Assembly (NCBI GenBank): GCA_019244185.1
Contig: JAFATB010000010.1
Coordinates: 32,001-96,000 of the forward strand
Reading direction: 5' to 3'
Length of the DNA stretch: 64,000 nt
DNA from: Acidobacteriota bacterium
GTDB taxonomy: Bacteria; Acidobacteriota; Thermoanaerobaculia; Gp7-AA8
In this document: positions 19,692 to 29,481 of the stretch, piece by piece
Layout of the letters: the number at the start of each line of letters is the position of its first letter
How positions within the stretch are numbered: the stretch's first letter is position 1
Translations under genes and position numbers: made by a program
Notes under the pieces: generated by a model
The model's database searches: none
What the model was told of the DNA's origin: nothing
What the model saw: the letters and a program-made list of their open reading frames with translations, nothing else

Positions 19692-19925
19692 TTACTTCAG
19701 CTTCTTGAGCAGCGACTTGACGGTCGGCGAGAGCTGCGCGCCCTTCGAGACCCAGTAGTCGACGCGCGCGCGGTCGATCTTCACGTCCGCGGGGTTCGTC
19801 TTCGGGTCGTAGTGGCCGATCTGCTCGAGCGTGGCGGCAGCCGGGGTCTTGAGCGAGTCGGACACCACCACGCGGTAGAACGGCGCGTGGGTGGCGCCGC
19901 CGCGGCGCAAACGAATCTTCAGCAT
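19692..19925 (-). CDS. rpsP: 30S ribosomal protein S16
   Basis: MLKIRLRRGG..PFYRVVVSDS..GHYDP..YWVSKGAQLSPTV. Confidence 0.96.
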   Translation of the reverse strand: MLKIRLRRGGATHAPFYRVVVSDSLKTPAAATLEQIGHYDPKTNPADVKIDRARVDYWVSKGAQLSPTVKSLLKKLK

Positions 19926-19999
19926 CTTTCAGTAACTCCTGGTAGTTGGTTGCTGCGGAGGGGCCGAACAGCAGGCCCGTGACAGGAATTCCGCGGCGG

Positions 20000-21340
20000 C
20001 TACTGCATGAACTCCGGCGGCAGCCCCTTCATCATCTTACCGAACTTCCGCGCGCCGAAGCCCTTGGAGAACGTGCGCATCATCTTCTTCATCTGCAGGT
20101 ATTGCTTCAGAAGCCGGTTGATCTCCTGCACGCTCGTGCCCGAGCCCTTGGCGATGCGCTTCTTGCGCGAGCCGTTGATGAGCTGCGGGAACTCGCGCTC
20201 CTTGCGCGTCATCGAGTCGAGGATGGCCTGCATGCGGTGAATGGCCTTCTCGTCGATGTCTTCCTCGTTGATCTTGCCGGCGCCGGGGATCATCGAGACG
20301 AGCTGCGAGAGCGGTCCCATTTTCTTGACCTGCTGCAACTGCGAGCGCAGGTCTTCGAGCGTGAACTTGTCTTTCGCGACGCGCTCGGCGAGCCGCGCCG
20401 CTTCCTTCTTGTCGACTTCCGCTTCGACCTTCTCGATGAGCGAGAGCACGTCGCCCATGCCCAGGATGCGCTGGGCCATGCGGTCGGGATAGAAGACGTC
20501 GAGGTCCGCGTATTTCTCGCCGACGCCGACGAACTTGATCGGGCGGTTGACGACCGACTTGATCGAGAGCGCCGCGCCGCCGCGCGCGTCGCCGTCGAGC
20601 TTCGTGAGCACGATGCCGGTGACGCCGAGGCGGTCGTCGAATTCTTTCGCGGACTTCACGGCGTCCTGGCCGGTCATCGCGTCGGCGACGAAGAGGATCT
20701 CGGACGGCCGCGCGTCGTCGCGGATGGTCTTGAGCTCCTGCATCAGCTCGTCGTCGATGTGCAGGCGGCCGGCGGTGTCGAGGATGACGGTGTCGTAGAG
20801 CAGCGTCTTCGCCTCGGCCAGCGCCTTGCGGGCGATGTCGATCGGATCGCGGTTGTCGCCGATCTCGAAGAACGGCACCTTCACGTTGTTGGCGACGATG
20901 CGCAGCTGATCGATGGCGGCGGGACGGTAGACGTCGCACGGGACGAGCAGCGGACGGCGGCCGCGGCTCTTGAGCTGCAGCGCGAGCTTGCCGGAGGTCG
21001 TCGTCTTGCCCGAGCCCTGCAGGCCGACCATCATCACGACGGCGGGACTGCCGACGAGCGCGAGGCCGACTTCGTTGCCGCCGAGGAGCTGCTGGAGCTC
21101 GTCGCGGACGATCTTGGTCACCTGCTGCGCGGGCGAGAAGGCGGTGAGGACGTCCTCGCCGTTCGCTTTCTCGCGGACGCGGTTGGTGAACTCCTTGACG
21201 GTCTTGAAGTGGACGTCGGCTTCGAGCAGCGCGACGCGGATTTCCTTCAGCGCGTTGTCGATGTGCCACTCGTTGAGCGTCGCCTCGCCGCGCAGGGTCT
21301 TGAAGACCCGGTCCATCTTGTCCTGCAGGTTGTCGAACAT
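20000..21340 (-). CDS. ffh: Signal recognition particle protein
   Basis: MFDNLQDK, ALLEADV, GLQGSGKTT, DTAGR, TKLDGDARGG, RILGMGD, Met-rich M domain. Confidence 0.97.
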   Translation of the reverse strand: MFDNLQDKMDRVFKTLRGEATLNEWHIDNALKEIRVALLEADVHFKTVKEFTNRVREKANGEDVLTAFSPAQQVTKIVRDELQQLLGGNEVGLALVGSPAVVMMVGLQGSGKTTTSGKLALQLKSRGRRPLLVPCDVYRPAAIDQLRIVANNVKVPFFEIGDNRDPIDIARKALAEAKTLLYDTVILDTAGRLHIDDELMQELKTIRDDARPSEILFVADAMTGQDAVKSAKEFDDRLGVTGIVLTKLDGDARGGAALSIKSVVNRPIKFVGVGEKYADLDVFYPDRMAQRILGMGDVLSLIEKVEAEVDKKEAARLAERVAKDKFTLEDLRSQLQQVKKMGPLSQLVSMIPGAGKINEEDIDEKAIHRMQAILDSMTRKEREFPQLINGSRKKRIAKGSGTSVQEINRLLKQYLQMKKMMRTFSKGFGARKFGKMMKGLPPEFMQ

Positions 21341-21383
21341 AAGCGCCTTTCCAAACGCGCGAGGCCGGAAAATAATCCGCTGC

Positions 21384-22157
21384 ATGGATCTCGGGCTCGC
21401 AGGGAGAGTCGCTCTCGTCACCGGCGCGAGCCGCGGCATCGGCAAGGCCATCGCGGAAGTGCTCAGCAGCGAGGGGATGCGCGTCGTCGTGGTGGCGCGC
21501 TCGGCGGACGCGCTCGCGCGCGTCGCGCAGTCGCTCGCGACGGAAGCGCACGCGATCGCGGCCGACCTGCGCGCGCCGCAGGCGCCGGACGACGTCGTCG
21601 AGCGCGCGGTCGAGCGCTTCGGCGCGCTCGATCTGCTCGTCAACAACGCCGGCGCGACGCAGCGCGGCGATTTTCTCGAGCTCACGGACGAGCTGTGGCA
21701 GGACGGCTTCGCGCTGAAGTTCTACGGCGCGATGCGCGCGTGCCGCGCGGCGTGGCCGCATCTGCGCGCCAGCGGCGGCGCGATCGTGAACATCGCCGGG
21801 ATGGGCGGGCGGACGGGCAGCGCGGAGTTCGCCATCGGCGGCGCGGTGAACGCGGCGCTGATGAATCTGACGAAGGTGCTCGCCGACCGCGGCGTGAAGG
21901 AAGGCGTGCGTGTGAATGCCGTCAACCCCGGCTCGACCGCGACCGAGCGCCTGCAGACGCGCATCCGCAAGCTGGCCGCCGAGCAGCAGCTCGACGAAGA
22001 AGAGGCCGCGCGCCGCATGGCGCAGGCCCTCGGCGTGGCGCGCTTCGGAAAGCCGGAGGAGATTGCGCGCGTGGTCGCGTTCCTGGCGTCGCCGCGCGCG
22101 GCGTATTGCCAGGGGGCGGTGGTGGATGTGGATGGTGGGCAGACACGTACGCTTTGA
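21384..22157 (+). CDS. Short-chain dehydrogenase/reductase
   Basis: TGASRGIG, LVNNAG, VRVNAVNPG, VDGG; atypical active site (GAVNAAL in place of YxxxK). Confidence 0.92.
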   Translation: MDLGLAGRVALVTGASRGIGKAIAEVLSSEGMRVVVVARSADALARVAQSLATEAHAIAADLRAPQAPDDVVERAVERFGALDLLVNNAGATQRGDFLELTDELWQDGFALKFYGAMRACRAAWPHLRASGGAIVNIAGMGGRTGSAEFAIGGAVNAALMNLTKVLADRGVKEGVRVNAVNPGSTATERLQTRIRKLAAEQQLDEEEAARRMAQALGVARFGKPEEIARVVAFLASPRAAYCQGAVVDVDGGQTRTL

Positions 22158-22188
22158 GCCGCCGCCGCGCCGCTAGAATCCCTCGTTC

Positions 22189-23345
22189 GTGCCCGTCCGC
22201 TCCTTCTCCTTCCTCCGCTCCCTTCCCGACGCCCCCGATCCCTTCGCGCTGCGCGTGACGCAGCTGCGCGACGGCAATCCGAACGGACGCTACGTGCTCT
22301 ATCACGCGCGGGCGGCGCGGCGGCTGCGGAGCAATCTCGCGCTGGAGTTCGCGCAGTCGTTCGGACTGCCGGTCGTCGTCGCGGAGTGGCTCGACGAGCC
22401 GCATCTCTCGCCGCGCATCGAGGCGTATCTCCGCAACATGCGGCGCGCGGAAGCGCTGACGTCGACTATCGCTTCGAGCCCGAACGCGAGCCGCTCGTCC
22501 GCAACGCGCGCTATGTCGTCACCGACGAGTTCCCGACGCTCCCCGCGCCGCCGCACGCGACGCATCTCGTCGACGGCAACGGCATCCTGCCGATGCGCGC
22601 GCTGGAAAAGGAGCAGTACTCGGCGAAGTTCTTTCGCGATCGCGCGTTCCGCCTCTTCGAGCGCTTCTGGCGGCGCGCCGAGCCGGCGGACCTATCGCTC
22701 GACTTCCTCGACGGCTACGCGGAGCTCCGCAACAAGTCGCCGCGCCACGTGAGCAACCTCTCGCCCGCGCTGCACTTCGGCCATCGCGGCATCCACGAGA
22801 TCGTCGCCGCGATCCTCGCCAGCGATGCACGCGACGAGGACGTCGACGCGTTTCTCGAGGAAGCGATCATCCGCCGCGAGCTCTCGTTCAATCTCTGCTT
22901 CTTCAATCCGCGCTACGCCTCGCTCGACGCGCTCCCCGCATGGGCGAAGCAGACGCTCGACAAGCACCGCCGCGATCGCCGCAAGCCGTGCTACTCGTAC
23001 GACGAGCTCGCGCGCGCCGCGACGCACGACGAGGTGTGGAACCTCGCCCAACGCCAGCTCCTCGACACCGGCACGATCCACGGTTACCTGCGCATGCTGT
23101 GGGGCAAGAAGATCATCGAGTGGAGCGAGACGCCCGAAGACGCCCACGCGACGATGCTCCGCTTCCACGATCTGCACGCGCTCGACGGCCGCGATCCGAA
23201 CACGCACGCCGGCATCCTCTGGTGCTTCGGCAAGCACGATCGCCCGTGGGCGCCGGAGCGGCCGATCTTCGGCACGATCCGTTGGATGTCGTCGGAGCAG
23301 ACGGCGAAGAAGGTGCGGCTGCATGAGTTTGCCGGCGCGACGTAA
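22189..23345 (+). pseudogene. Class II CPD photolyase-like gene with a frameshift near 22440-22460 (pseudogene or sequence error)
   Basis: N-part in one frame (YVLY..RRLRSNLALEFA). FAD domain in another frame: SNLSPALHFGH, EEAIIRRELSFN, THDEVWN, HGYLRMLWGKK, LDGRDPN, FGKHDRPW..ERPIFGTIRWMS. Confidence 0.8.
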
Positions 23346-23396
23346 AGGCAAAACCGACTGTTCGGCGCCGCTGGTCTCGCGCATCATCGCGCGACC

Positions 23397-23762
23397 ATGG
23401 AACAGACACTCCAGCAACTCGAAGCGATCGGCCTCATGTCGGAAACGGAGCTCGACGCGCTGCCGTTCGGCGCCATCCGCCTCGACGCCACCGGCACCGT
23501 TCTCAGCTACAACGCCGCGGAATCGAAGCTCACCGGACGCGATCCGAAGCGCGTCATCGGCCGCAATTTCTTTACCGAGGTCGCGCCATGCACCAACGTG
23601 CAGTCGTTCGCCGGCCGCTTCCGCGAAGGCGTGAGCAAAGGCGAGCTGCACGCGATCTTTCCCTATCGCTTCGACTTCAAGATGGCGCCGCGCGATGTGA
23701 CCGTGACGCTGTTCTGGTCGAGGCAGACGTCGACGGCGTGGGTGTTCGTGCGGGAGACGTAA
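23397..23762 (+). CDS. pyp: Photoactive yellow protein homolog
   Basis: LDALPFGAIRLD..YNAAE..TGRDPKRVIGRNFFTEVAPCT..FREGV..FDFKM..WVFV; equivalents of Y42, E46, T50, R52, C69, F96 and M100 are present. Confidence 0.88.
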   Translation: MEQTLQQLEAIGLMSETELDALPFGAIRLDATGTVLSYNAAESKLTGRDPKRVIGRNFFTEVAPCTNVQSFAGRFREGVSKGELHAIFPYRFDFKMAPRDVTVTLFWSRQTSTAWVFVRET

Positions 23763-23780
23763 CCGGGAGCGCCTCCGGCG

Positions 23781-23840
23781 GGCCGGCGCGGCCGCCTGCG
23801 CTGAGGGCCTAGCCGATCCGCACGTGCGGCTGCACGGAAC
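23781..23840 (-). repeat. Dispersed REP-like repeat, inverted copy of 3563-3622
   Basis: 54/60 identity after reverse complementation. Confidence 0.8.
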
Positions 23841-23870
23841 GAACGGCGCGCGTACATCGTTCATGCTGGT

Positions 23871-24740
23871 ATGGCGACGCCGGCGCTCCGTCTCGACAGC
23901 AACGTTCCGGGCGACTTCTACGTCGACTCGAGCTGCATCGACTGCGACGCGTGCCGCCTCATCGCGCCGGCCGTCTTTCACGACGCGGGCGGACAGTCGG
24001 CCGTCTTTCACCAGCCTGACACGCGCGACGAAGAGCTCGCGGCGCAGAAGGCGCTGCTCTCGTGTCCCACCGCGTCCATCGGCTCGCTCGCGAAACATGA
24101 CATGACCGCGGCGCTCGCGGCGTATCCCGAGCGCATCGAAGACGACGTGCACGTTTGCGGCTTCACGAGCGAGAGCTCGTTCGGCGCGATCAGCTACTTC
24201 CTCCGCCGCGACGGCGGCAACGTCCTCGTCGACTCGCCGCGCTTCTCCGGACCGCTCGTGAAGAACATCGCCGCGATGGGCGGCGTCGCGCGCATGCTCC
24301 TCACGCACCAGGACGACGTCGCCGATCATGACAAGTTCCACGAGCGCTTCGGCTGCGCGCGCGTGCTGCATCGCGACGACGTGCGCGCCCGCACCGCCGC
24401 CGTCGAACTGCAGCCGCGCGGCAACGATCCCGTCGACCTCGACGACGACCTCGTCATGATTCCGACGCCGGGGCATACGCGCGGCCACGCGGTCTACCTC
24501 TATCGCAACAAGTTCCTCTTCACCGGCGATCACCTCGCCTGGAGCGAGAGCCGCGGACATCTCTACGCCTTCCGCAGCGCGTGCTGGTACTCGTGGTCCG
24601 AACAGATCCGCTCCATGGAACGGCTGCTCGACTACTCCTTCGAATGGGTCCTCCCCGGACACGGACATCCGATTCATCTCGGCGCCGATGCGATGCACGC
24701 GTCGCTCGAGCGCTGCGTCGCGTGGATGAAAACGCGGTAG
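23871..24740 (+). CDS. Ferredoxin-fused MBL-fold metallo-hydrolase
   Basis: CIDCDAC...CPTASIG; LTHQDDVADH, TPGHTRGH, FTGDH, LPGHG. Confidence 0.9.
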   Translation: MATPALRLDSNVPGDFYVDSSCIDCDACRLIAPAVFHDAGGQSAVFHQPDTRDEELAAQKALLSCPTASIGSLAKHDMTAALAAYPERIEDDVHVCGFTSESSFGAISYFLRRDGGNVLVDSPRFSGPLVKNIAAMGGVARMLLTHQDDVADHDKFHERFGCARVLHRDDVRARTAAVELQPRGNDPVDLDDDLVMIPTPGHTRGHAVYLYRNKFLFTGDHLAWSESRGHLYAFRSACWYSWSEQIRSMERLLDYSFEWVLPGHGHPIHLGADAMHASLERCVAWMKTR

Positions 24741-24749
24741 CGGCGCCAG

Positions 24750-24765
24750 TGGCTCACCACTTGCT
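24750..24765 (+). promoter_or_regulatory. sigma54 (-24/-12) promoter candidate
   Basis: TGGCTCACCACTTGCT (GG-N10-GC), 21 nt before the ATG at 24787. Confidence 0.6.
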
Positions 24766-24786
24766 CCCGTGACGCGCGGGGGCAGC

Positions 24787-25902
24787 ATGAAAAAGTACAT
24801 CGACGTCTTCAAACAGACGTTCACGGAGTTCAGCCAGGACAAGGCTCCCCGGCTCGGCGCGGCGCTCGCGTACTACACGATTTTTTCCATCGGTCCGCTT
24901 CTGCTCATTGCCGTCGCGATGGCAGGACTCTTCCTCGGACAGGAAGCGGCGCACGGCCAGATCTCGGGCGAGCTCGGCCGCTTCTTCGGGCCGCAGATGG
25001 CGAAGTCGCTCGAGGACATGATCCAGGCGGCCTCGAAGCCGAAGTCCGGCACGCTCGCCACCATCGTCGGCTTCGTGACGCTCATCCTCGGCGCCTCCGG
25101 CGTCTTCGGCCAGCTCAAAGACGCGCTCAACACGATCTGGAACGTCGAGCCGAAGAAAGCCGGCGGCATCATGGGCTTCATCAAGGAGCGCTTCCTCTCG
25201 ATGGCCATGGTGCTCGGCATCGGCTTCCTGCTCCTCGTCACGCTGCTCCTCGACACGATCATCGCGGCGATGGGGAAGTTCATGGAAGGACGCCTGCCCG
25301 GCGGCGAGGCCGTGCTGCAGGCGATTCAGCTCGTGCTGTCGTTCGGCATCGCGGTCGTGCTCTTCGCCGCGATCTTCCGCGTGCTGCCCGACCTGCGCAT
25401 CGCGTGGCACGACGTCTGGTTCGGCGCCGTCTTCACCGCGATCCTCTTCGTCCTCGGCAAGTTCGGGCTCGGCCTCTATCTCGGCAAAGCGGCGGTCGGC
25501 TCCGCGTACGGCGCGGCCGGCTCGCTGGTCATCCTGCTCGTGTGGGTGTACTGGTCGGCGCAGATCCTCTTCTTCGGCGCGGAGTTCACGCAGGTGTACG
25601 CGCGCACGTTCGGCAGCCTCAAAGGCGACGACTCGAAACGCAAGGCGCGCGCGCAGGCGGACAAGCCCGAAGACCGCAAGAAAGCGGAGACGACGCCGGA
25701 AGGCAAGCCGCTGCCGCTCGGCGCGCCGCGGCCCGCGTACGCAAAGTCCCCGACGAACGCGAAGAAATCCGGCGGCGGCGGCGCGTTGAAGATGGTGCTC
25801 GGTGGCGTCGCGGGCTTGCTCTTCGGCGCGATCGTCGGCGGCGTCAGCGCGGTCGTGTTCGTGCTCAAGTCGCTGCGGAAGGTGTTCATCCCGTTCAAGT
25901 AG
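24787..25902 (+). CDS. YihY/virulence factor BrkB family membrane protein
   Basis: DKAPRLGAALAYYTIFS, GASGVFGQLKDALNTIW, YGAAGSLVILLVWVYWSAQILFFGAEF; extra C-terminal TM tail. Confidence 0.92.
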   Translation: MKKYIDVFKQTFTEFSQDKAPRLGAALAYYTIFSIGPLLLIAVAMAGLFLGQEAAHGQISGELGRFFGPQMAKSLEDMIQAASKPKSGTLATIVGFVTLILGASGVFGQLKDALNTIWNVEPKKAGGIMGFIKERFLSMAMVLGIGFLLLVTLLLDTIIAAMGKFMEGRLPGGEAVLQAIQLVLSFGIAVVLFAAIFRVLPDLRIAWHDVWFGAVFTAILFVLGKFGLGLYLGKAAVGSAYGAAGSLVILLVWVYWSAQILFFGAEFTQVYARTFGSLKGDDSKRKARAQADKPEDRKKAETTPEGKPLPLGAPRPAYAKSPTNAKKSGGGGALKMVLGGVAGLLFGAIVGGVSAVVFVLKSLRKVFIPFK

Positions 25903-25915
25903 AATCGCGGCCGAG

Positions 25916-26617
25916 GTGAGCGACGCCCGGAAGCGGTTCCCGGTCGTGAAGGCCGTGCTCGGCGTCGTCGCCATCGCGGCGCTGCTCGTCGCGCTGCGCC
26001 TGCTGCCGATTGGGCCGTGGCTGGTGCGGTTTCAGGCGTGGGTGCGGAGCATCGGACCGGCGGGCTACGTCGTGTACACGCTCGCGTACGTCGTCGCGTG
26101 CGTCTGCTTTCTGCCGGCGTCGCCGCTCACGTTCGGCGCGGGCGCGATCTTCGGCTTCGTCAAAGGCTCGATCGTCGTGATCGTCGGCGCGACGATCGGC
26201 GCGACGGTCTCGTTCCTCCTCGGCCGTACGCTGATGCGCAAAAAGATCGAGGCACTGACGGCGAACAACGCGAAGTTCCGCGCGCTCGACCGCGCCATCA
26301 CGCGCGAAGGCGCGCGCATCGTGTTCCTCATCCGCCTCGCGCCGGTGTTCCCGTATGCCTATATCAACTTCGCGTTCGGACTGACCGGCGTGCGGCTGCT
26401 GTCGTATGTCGTGGCGACGTTCTTCGGGATCATTCCGGTGACGCTCGCCTTCGTCTGGATCAGCGACACCGCCGCGCGGGCCGCGACCGCGGAGCTGACG
26501 ACGACGCGGCTCGCGATTCAGATTGCAGGCGGCATCCTCGCCGTCATCGCCACGGTATTTGTCACACGAATCGCGCTCACTGCCGTACGCAAAGCGGGCG
26601 TCGACGAGCCAACCTGA
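25916..26617 (+). CDS. TVP38/TMEM64 (DedA/VTT) family membrane protein
   Basis: PASPLTFGAGAIFG, GATIGATVSFLLGR, LIRLAPVFPYAYINFAFGLT, GIIP. Confidence 0.9.
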   Translation: MSDARKRFPVVKAVLGVVAIAALLVALRLLPIGPWLVRFQAWVRSIGPAGYVVYTLAYVVACVCFLPASPLTFGAGAIFGFVKGSIVVIVGATIGATVSFLLGRTLMRKKIEALTANNAKFRALDRAITREGARIVFLIRLAPVFPYAYINFAFGLTGVRLLSYVVATFFGIIPVTLAFVWISDTAARAATAELTTTRLAIQIAGGILAVIATVFVTRIALTAVRKAGVDEPT

Positions 26618-26700
26618 AGAAGCCTTGGGCAACCAGCGCACCCGGCCGGGCCGGGTGGGTAGGACTCGAATATGCTTTCGCCTTGAAGCGGAGGCATCAG

Positions 26701-29481
26701 ATGACCAACCCCCTTGCGGAGCTCCCCAAGCTCGGACAGAGCGTCTGGTACGACCAGATGGAGCGCAAGCTCGTCTCGAGCGGCGAGCTGCAGCGGATGA
26801 TCGACGAAGACGACTTGCGCGGTCTCACGTCGAATCCCACCATTTTCGAGAAAGCGATCAGCGGCAGCGAAGACTACGACGGCCAGTTGCGCATGCTCGC
26901 CTCGCAGGGCATGTCGCGCGACGACATCTACGACGAGATCGTGATCGAAGACATTGGCAACGCCGCCGACGTCTTTCTCCCCGTCTACCGCAAGACCAAC
27001 GGCGACGACGGCTACGTGAGTCTCGAAGTCTCGCCGCTGTTCGCGCGCGATACGGCGAAGACGGTCGCCGAGGCGAAGCGGCTGTTCGTGAAACTCGGGC
27101 GCGACAACGCCATGATCAAGATTCCGGCGACGCCGGAAGGCATCCCCGCGATCGAGCAGGCCATCGCCACCGGGATCAACGTCAACGTTACGCTGATCTT
27201 CTCCATCGACGTCTACGCGCAGGTGATCGAAGCGTATCTGCGCGGTCTCGAACGGCGCGCCTCGCAGAGCCTGCCGATCGGCAACATCGCGTCCGTCGCG
27301 AGCTTCTTCGTCAGCCGCATCGACGCGCAGGCGGACAAGCAACTCGACGCGAAGATGAAAGACGATCCGTCGCTCGCGGAGCTGAAAGGGAAGGTCGCCA
27401 TCGCGAACGCGAAGGTCGCGTATCAGCTGTTCAAAGAGCAATTCAGCAGCTCGCGCTTCGAGAAGCTCCGCGCGCTCGGCGCGCGTGTGCAGCGGCCGCT
27501 GTGGGCGTCGACCGGCACGAAGGATCCGAAGTACAGCGACGTGCTCTACATCGAGTCGCTGATCGGCGCCGACACCGTGAACACGATTCCGCCGGCGACG
27601 TTCAACGCATTCCGCGATCACGGCCGCGTGCAGCCGACGCTCGAAGCGGATCTCGACGACGCGAAGCGCGTGCTGGCCACGTTCGAGGCGAAAGGCTTCA
27701 GCCTCAAAGCGATCACCGACAAGCTCACCGACGACGGCGTGAAAGCGTTCGACGAATCATTCGCGCAGCTGACGGACACCATCGAGGCGCGGCGCGACGC
27801 CGTCGTGCGCGGACTGCCCGAGCGGCTCACGTTGCACAACGTGCCGTCGCTCGACGAGTTCATCGCGCGCGCGGAGAAAGACAAAGTCGTCTCGCGCATC
27901 TGGGCCAAAGACGCGACGCTGTGGAAGTCCGACGACGAGCACAAGAAGATCATCGAGAACGCGCTCGGCTGGCTCGTCGTGATGAACCAGATGAAGCGCA
28001 ACGCGAAAGGACTCGTCGAGCTCACCGACGAATACCGCCGCGGCATGGAGTACGTCGTCGTCCTCGGCATGGGCGGCTCGAGTCTCGTGTCCGAGGTGAC
28101 GCGGCGCGTCTTCCCGAAACGCGAGGGATATCCGGAGCTGCTCGTGCTCGACTCGACGGCGCCCGACGCCATCGCGCAGCTCGAGGCGCACATCGATCTC
28201 GCGAAGACGCTGTTCATCGTCGCGTCGAAGTCGGGCTCCACGACCGAGCCGCGCATGTTCCACCGCTACTTCTACGAGCGGATGAAGAGCGTGGCCGGCG
28301 AGCGCGCGGGCATGCACTTCATCGCCATCACCGATCCCGGCTCGCAGCTCATCGAAGAGGCGAAGCGCGATCGCTTCCGCTCGACGTTCCTCAACCTGCC
28401 CGACATCGGCGGCCGCTACTCCGCGCTGTCGTTCTTCGGCCTCGTGCCGATGGCGCTGGCCGGCGTCGACGTCGACACGCTGCTCGACCGCGCGCAACAC
28501 GCCGCGCACGTGTCGTCGCTGCCGCAGATCCGCAAGAATCCCGCGGCGCTCCTCGGCGTGGTCCTCGGCGCGATGGCGCAGCAGGGGCGCAACAAGCTGA
28601 CGCTGATCACGCCGCGCCCGCTCGACACGCTCGGCCTCTGGGTCGAGCAGCTGATCGCGGAGAGCACCGGGAAGGAAGGCAAAGGCATCGTGCCGATCGC
28701 CGGCGAGCCGGATCTCCCCGCGAACGCGTACGGCAACGATCGCCTGTTCGTCTGCGTGCGCATGCGCGGCAGCGACGAGACCGCGCGTCTGCGCGAGCTC
28801 GCCGCCGCGGGACATCCGGTCGTCGATCTCGTGCTCGAAGACGCGCTCGACCTCGGCGAGACGTTTTTCGTCTGGGAGTTCGCGACCGCGGTTGCCGGCA
28901 CGATCCTCGGCGTCGACACGTTCGATCAGCCGAACGTGCAGGAGTCGAAAGACAACACGAAACGCATCCTCGGCGAGATCGCCGGCGGCGCTCAGAGCTC
29001 GCAGCCGGTCGAAGTGCGCCGCGCCGGCGACGATGACGCACTCGCGGCGTTGCTCGCGCAGGTGAAGCCCGGCGACTACTTCGCCATCACCGAATACTTC
29101 GCGGAAACGCCGGAACGCGACGCCGCCATCGCGCGCATCCGCGAGGCCATCGCGCGCGAGCTGCACGTCGCGACGACGACGGGCTACGGCCCGCGCTTCC
29201 TCCATTCGACCGGACAGCTGCACAAGGGCGGGCCGGAGACCGGCGTGTTTCTGCAACTCGTCGCGAGTGCGCGCGACATCGACATTCCCGGTGAGAACCT
29301 CACATTCAGCCAGCTCGTCGGCGCGCAGGCCCTCGGCGACGCGCAGTCGCTCGCCACGCGTCACCGCCGCCTGCTGCGTCTCGACCTCGGCAACGACATC
29401 GACGCGAATCTCGCGTGGCTCGAGAAGTCGGTGACGCAGGCGCTGGCGCGCAACGCGAACGGCGCACGGGTGAAGGCATGA
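26701..29481 (+). CDS. Bifunctional transaldolase / glucose-6-phosphate isomerase
   Basis: Tal: GQSVWYD, GLTSNPTIFEKAI, VSLEVSP, MIKIPAT, ASFFVSR, RPLWAST. Pgi: LGW, GMGGSSL, SKSGSTTE, IGGRYSALS, AESTGK, DQPNVQESK. Confidence 0.95.
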   Translation: MTNPLAELPKLGQSVWYDQMERKLVSSGELQRMIDEDDLRGLTSNPTIFEKAISGSEDYDGQLRMLASQGMSRDDIYDEIVIEDIGNAADVFLPVYRKTNGDDGYVSLEVSPLFARDTAKTVAEAKRLFVKLGRDNAMIKIPATPEGIPAIEQAIATGINVNVTLIFSIDVYAQVIEAYLRGLERRASQSLPIGNIASVASFFVSRIDAQADKQLDAKMKDDPSLAELKGKVAIANAKVAYQLFKEQFSSSRFEKLRALGARVQRPLWASTGTKDPKYSDVLYIESLIGADTVNTIPPATFNAFRDHGRVQPTLEADLDDAKRVLATFEAKGFSLKAITDKLTDDGVKAFDESFAQLTDTIEARRDAVVRGLPERLTLHNVPSLDEFIARAEKDKVVSRIWAKDATLWKSDDEHKKIIENALGWLVVMNQMKRNAKGLVELTDEYRRGMEYVVVLGMGGSSLVSEVTRRVFPKREGYPELLVLDSTAPDAIAQLEAHIDLAKTLFIVASKSGSTTEPRMFHRYFYERMKSVAGERAGMHFIAITDPGSQLIEEAKRDRFRSTFLNLPDIGGRYSALSFFGLVPMALAGVDVDTLLDRAQHAAHVSSLPQIRKNPAALLGVVLGAMAQQGRNKLTLITPRPLDTLGLWVEQLIAESTGKEGKGIVPIAGEPDLPANAYGNDRLFVCVRMRGSDETARLRELAAAGHPVVDLVLEDALDLGETFFVWEFATAVAGTILGVDTFDQPNVQESKDNTKRILGEIAGGAQSSQPVEVRRAGDDDALAALLAQVKPGDYFAITEYFAETPERDAAIARIREAIARELHVATTTGYGPRFLHSTGQLHKGGPETGVFLQLVASARDIDIPGENLTFSQLVGAQALGDAQSLATRHRRLLRLDLGNDIDANLAWLEKSVTQALARNANGARVKA

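Noticed and set aside
22430-22470. Programmed ribosomal frameshift in the photolyase
   Set aside because: No slippery heptamer or homopolymer run at the junction; error or pseudogene is simpler.
26017-26700. N-terminal extensions in the ORF track (26017 tal-pgi, 44614 AttH-like, 16339 S9, 21685 ffh, 54734 ABC, 53328 permease)
   Set aside because: They overlap other real genes; homology and start signals point to the downstream starts used.
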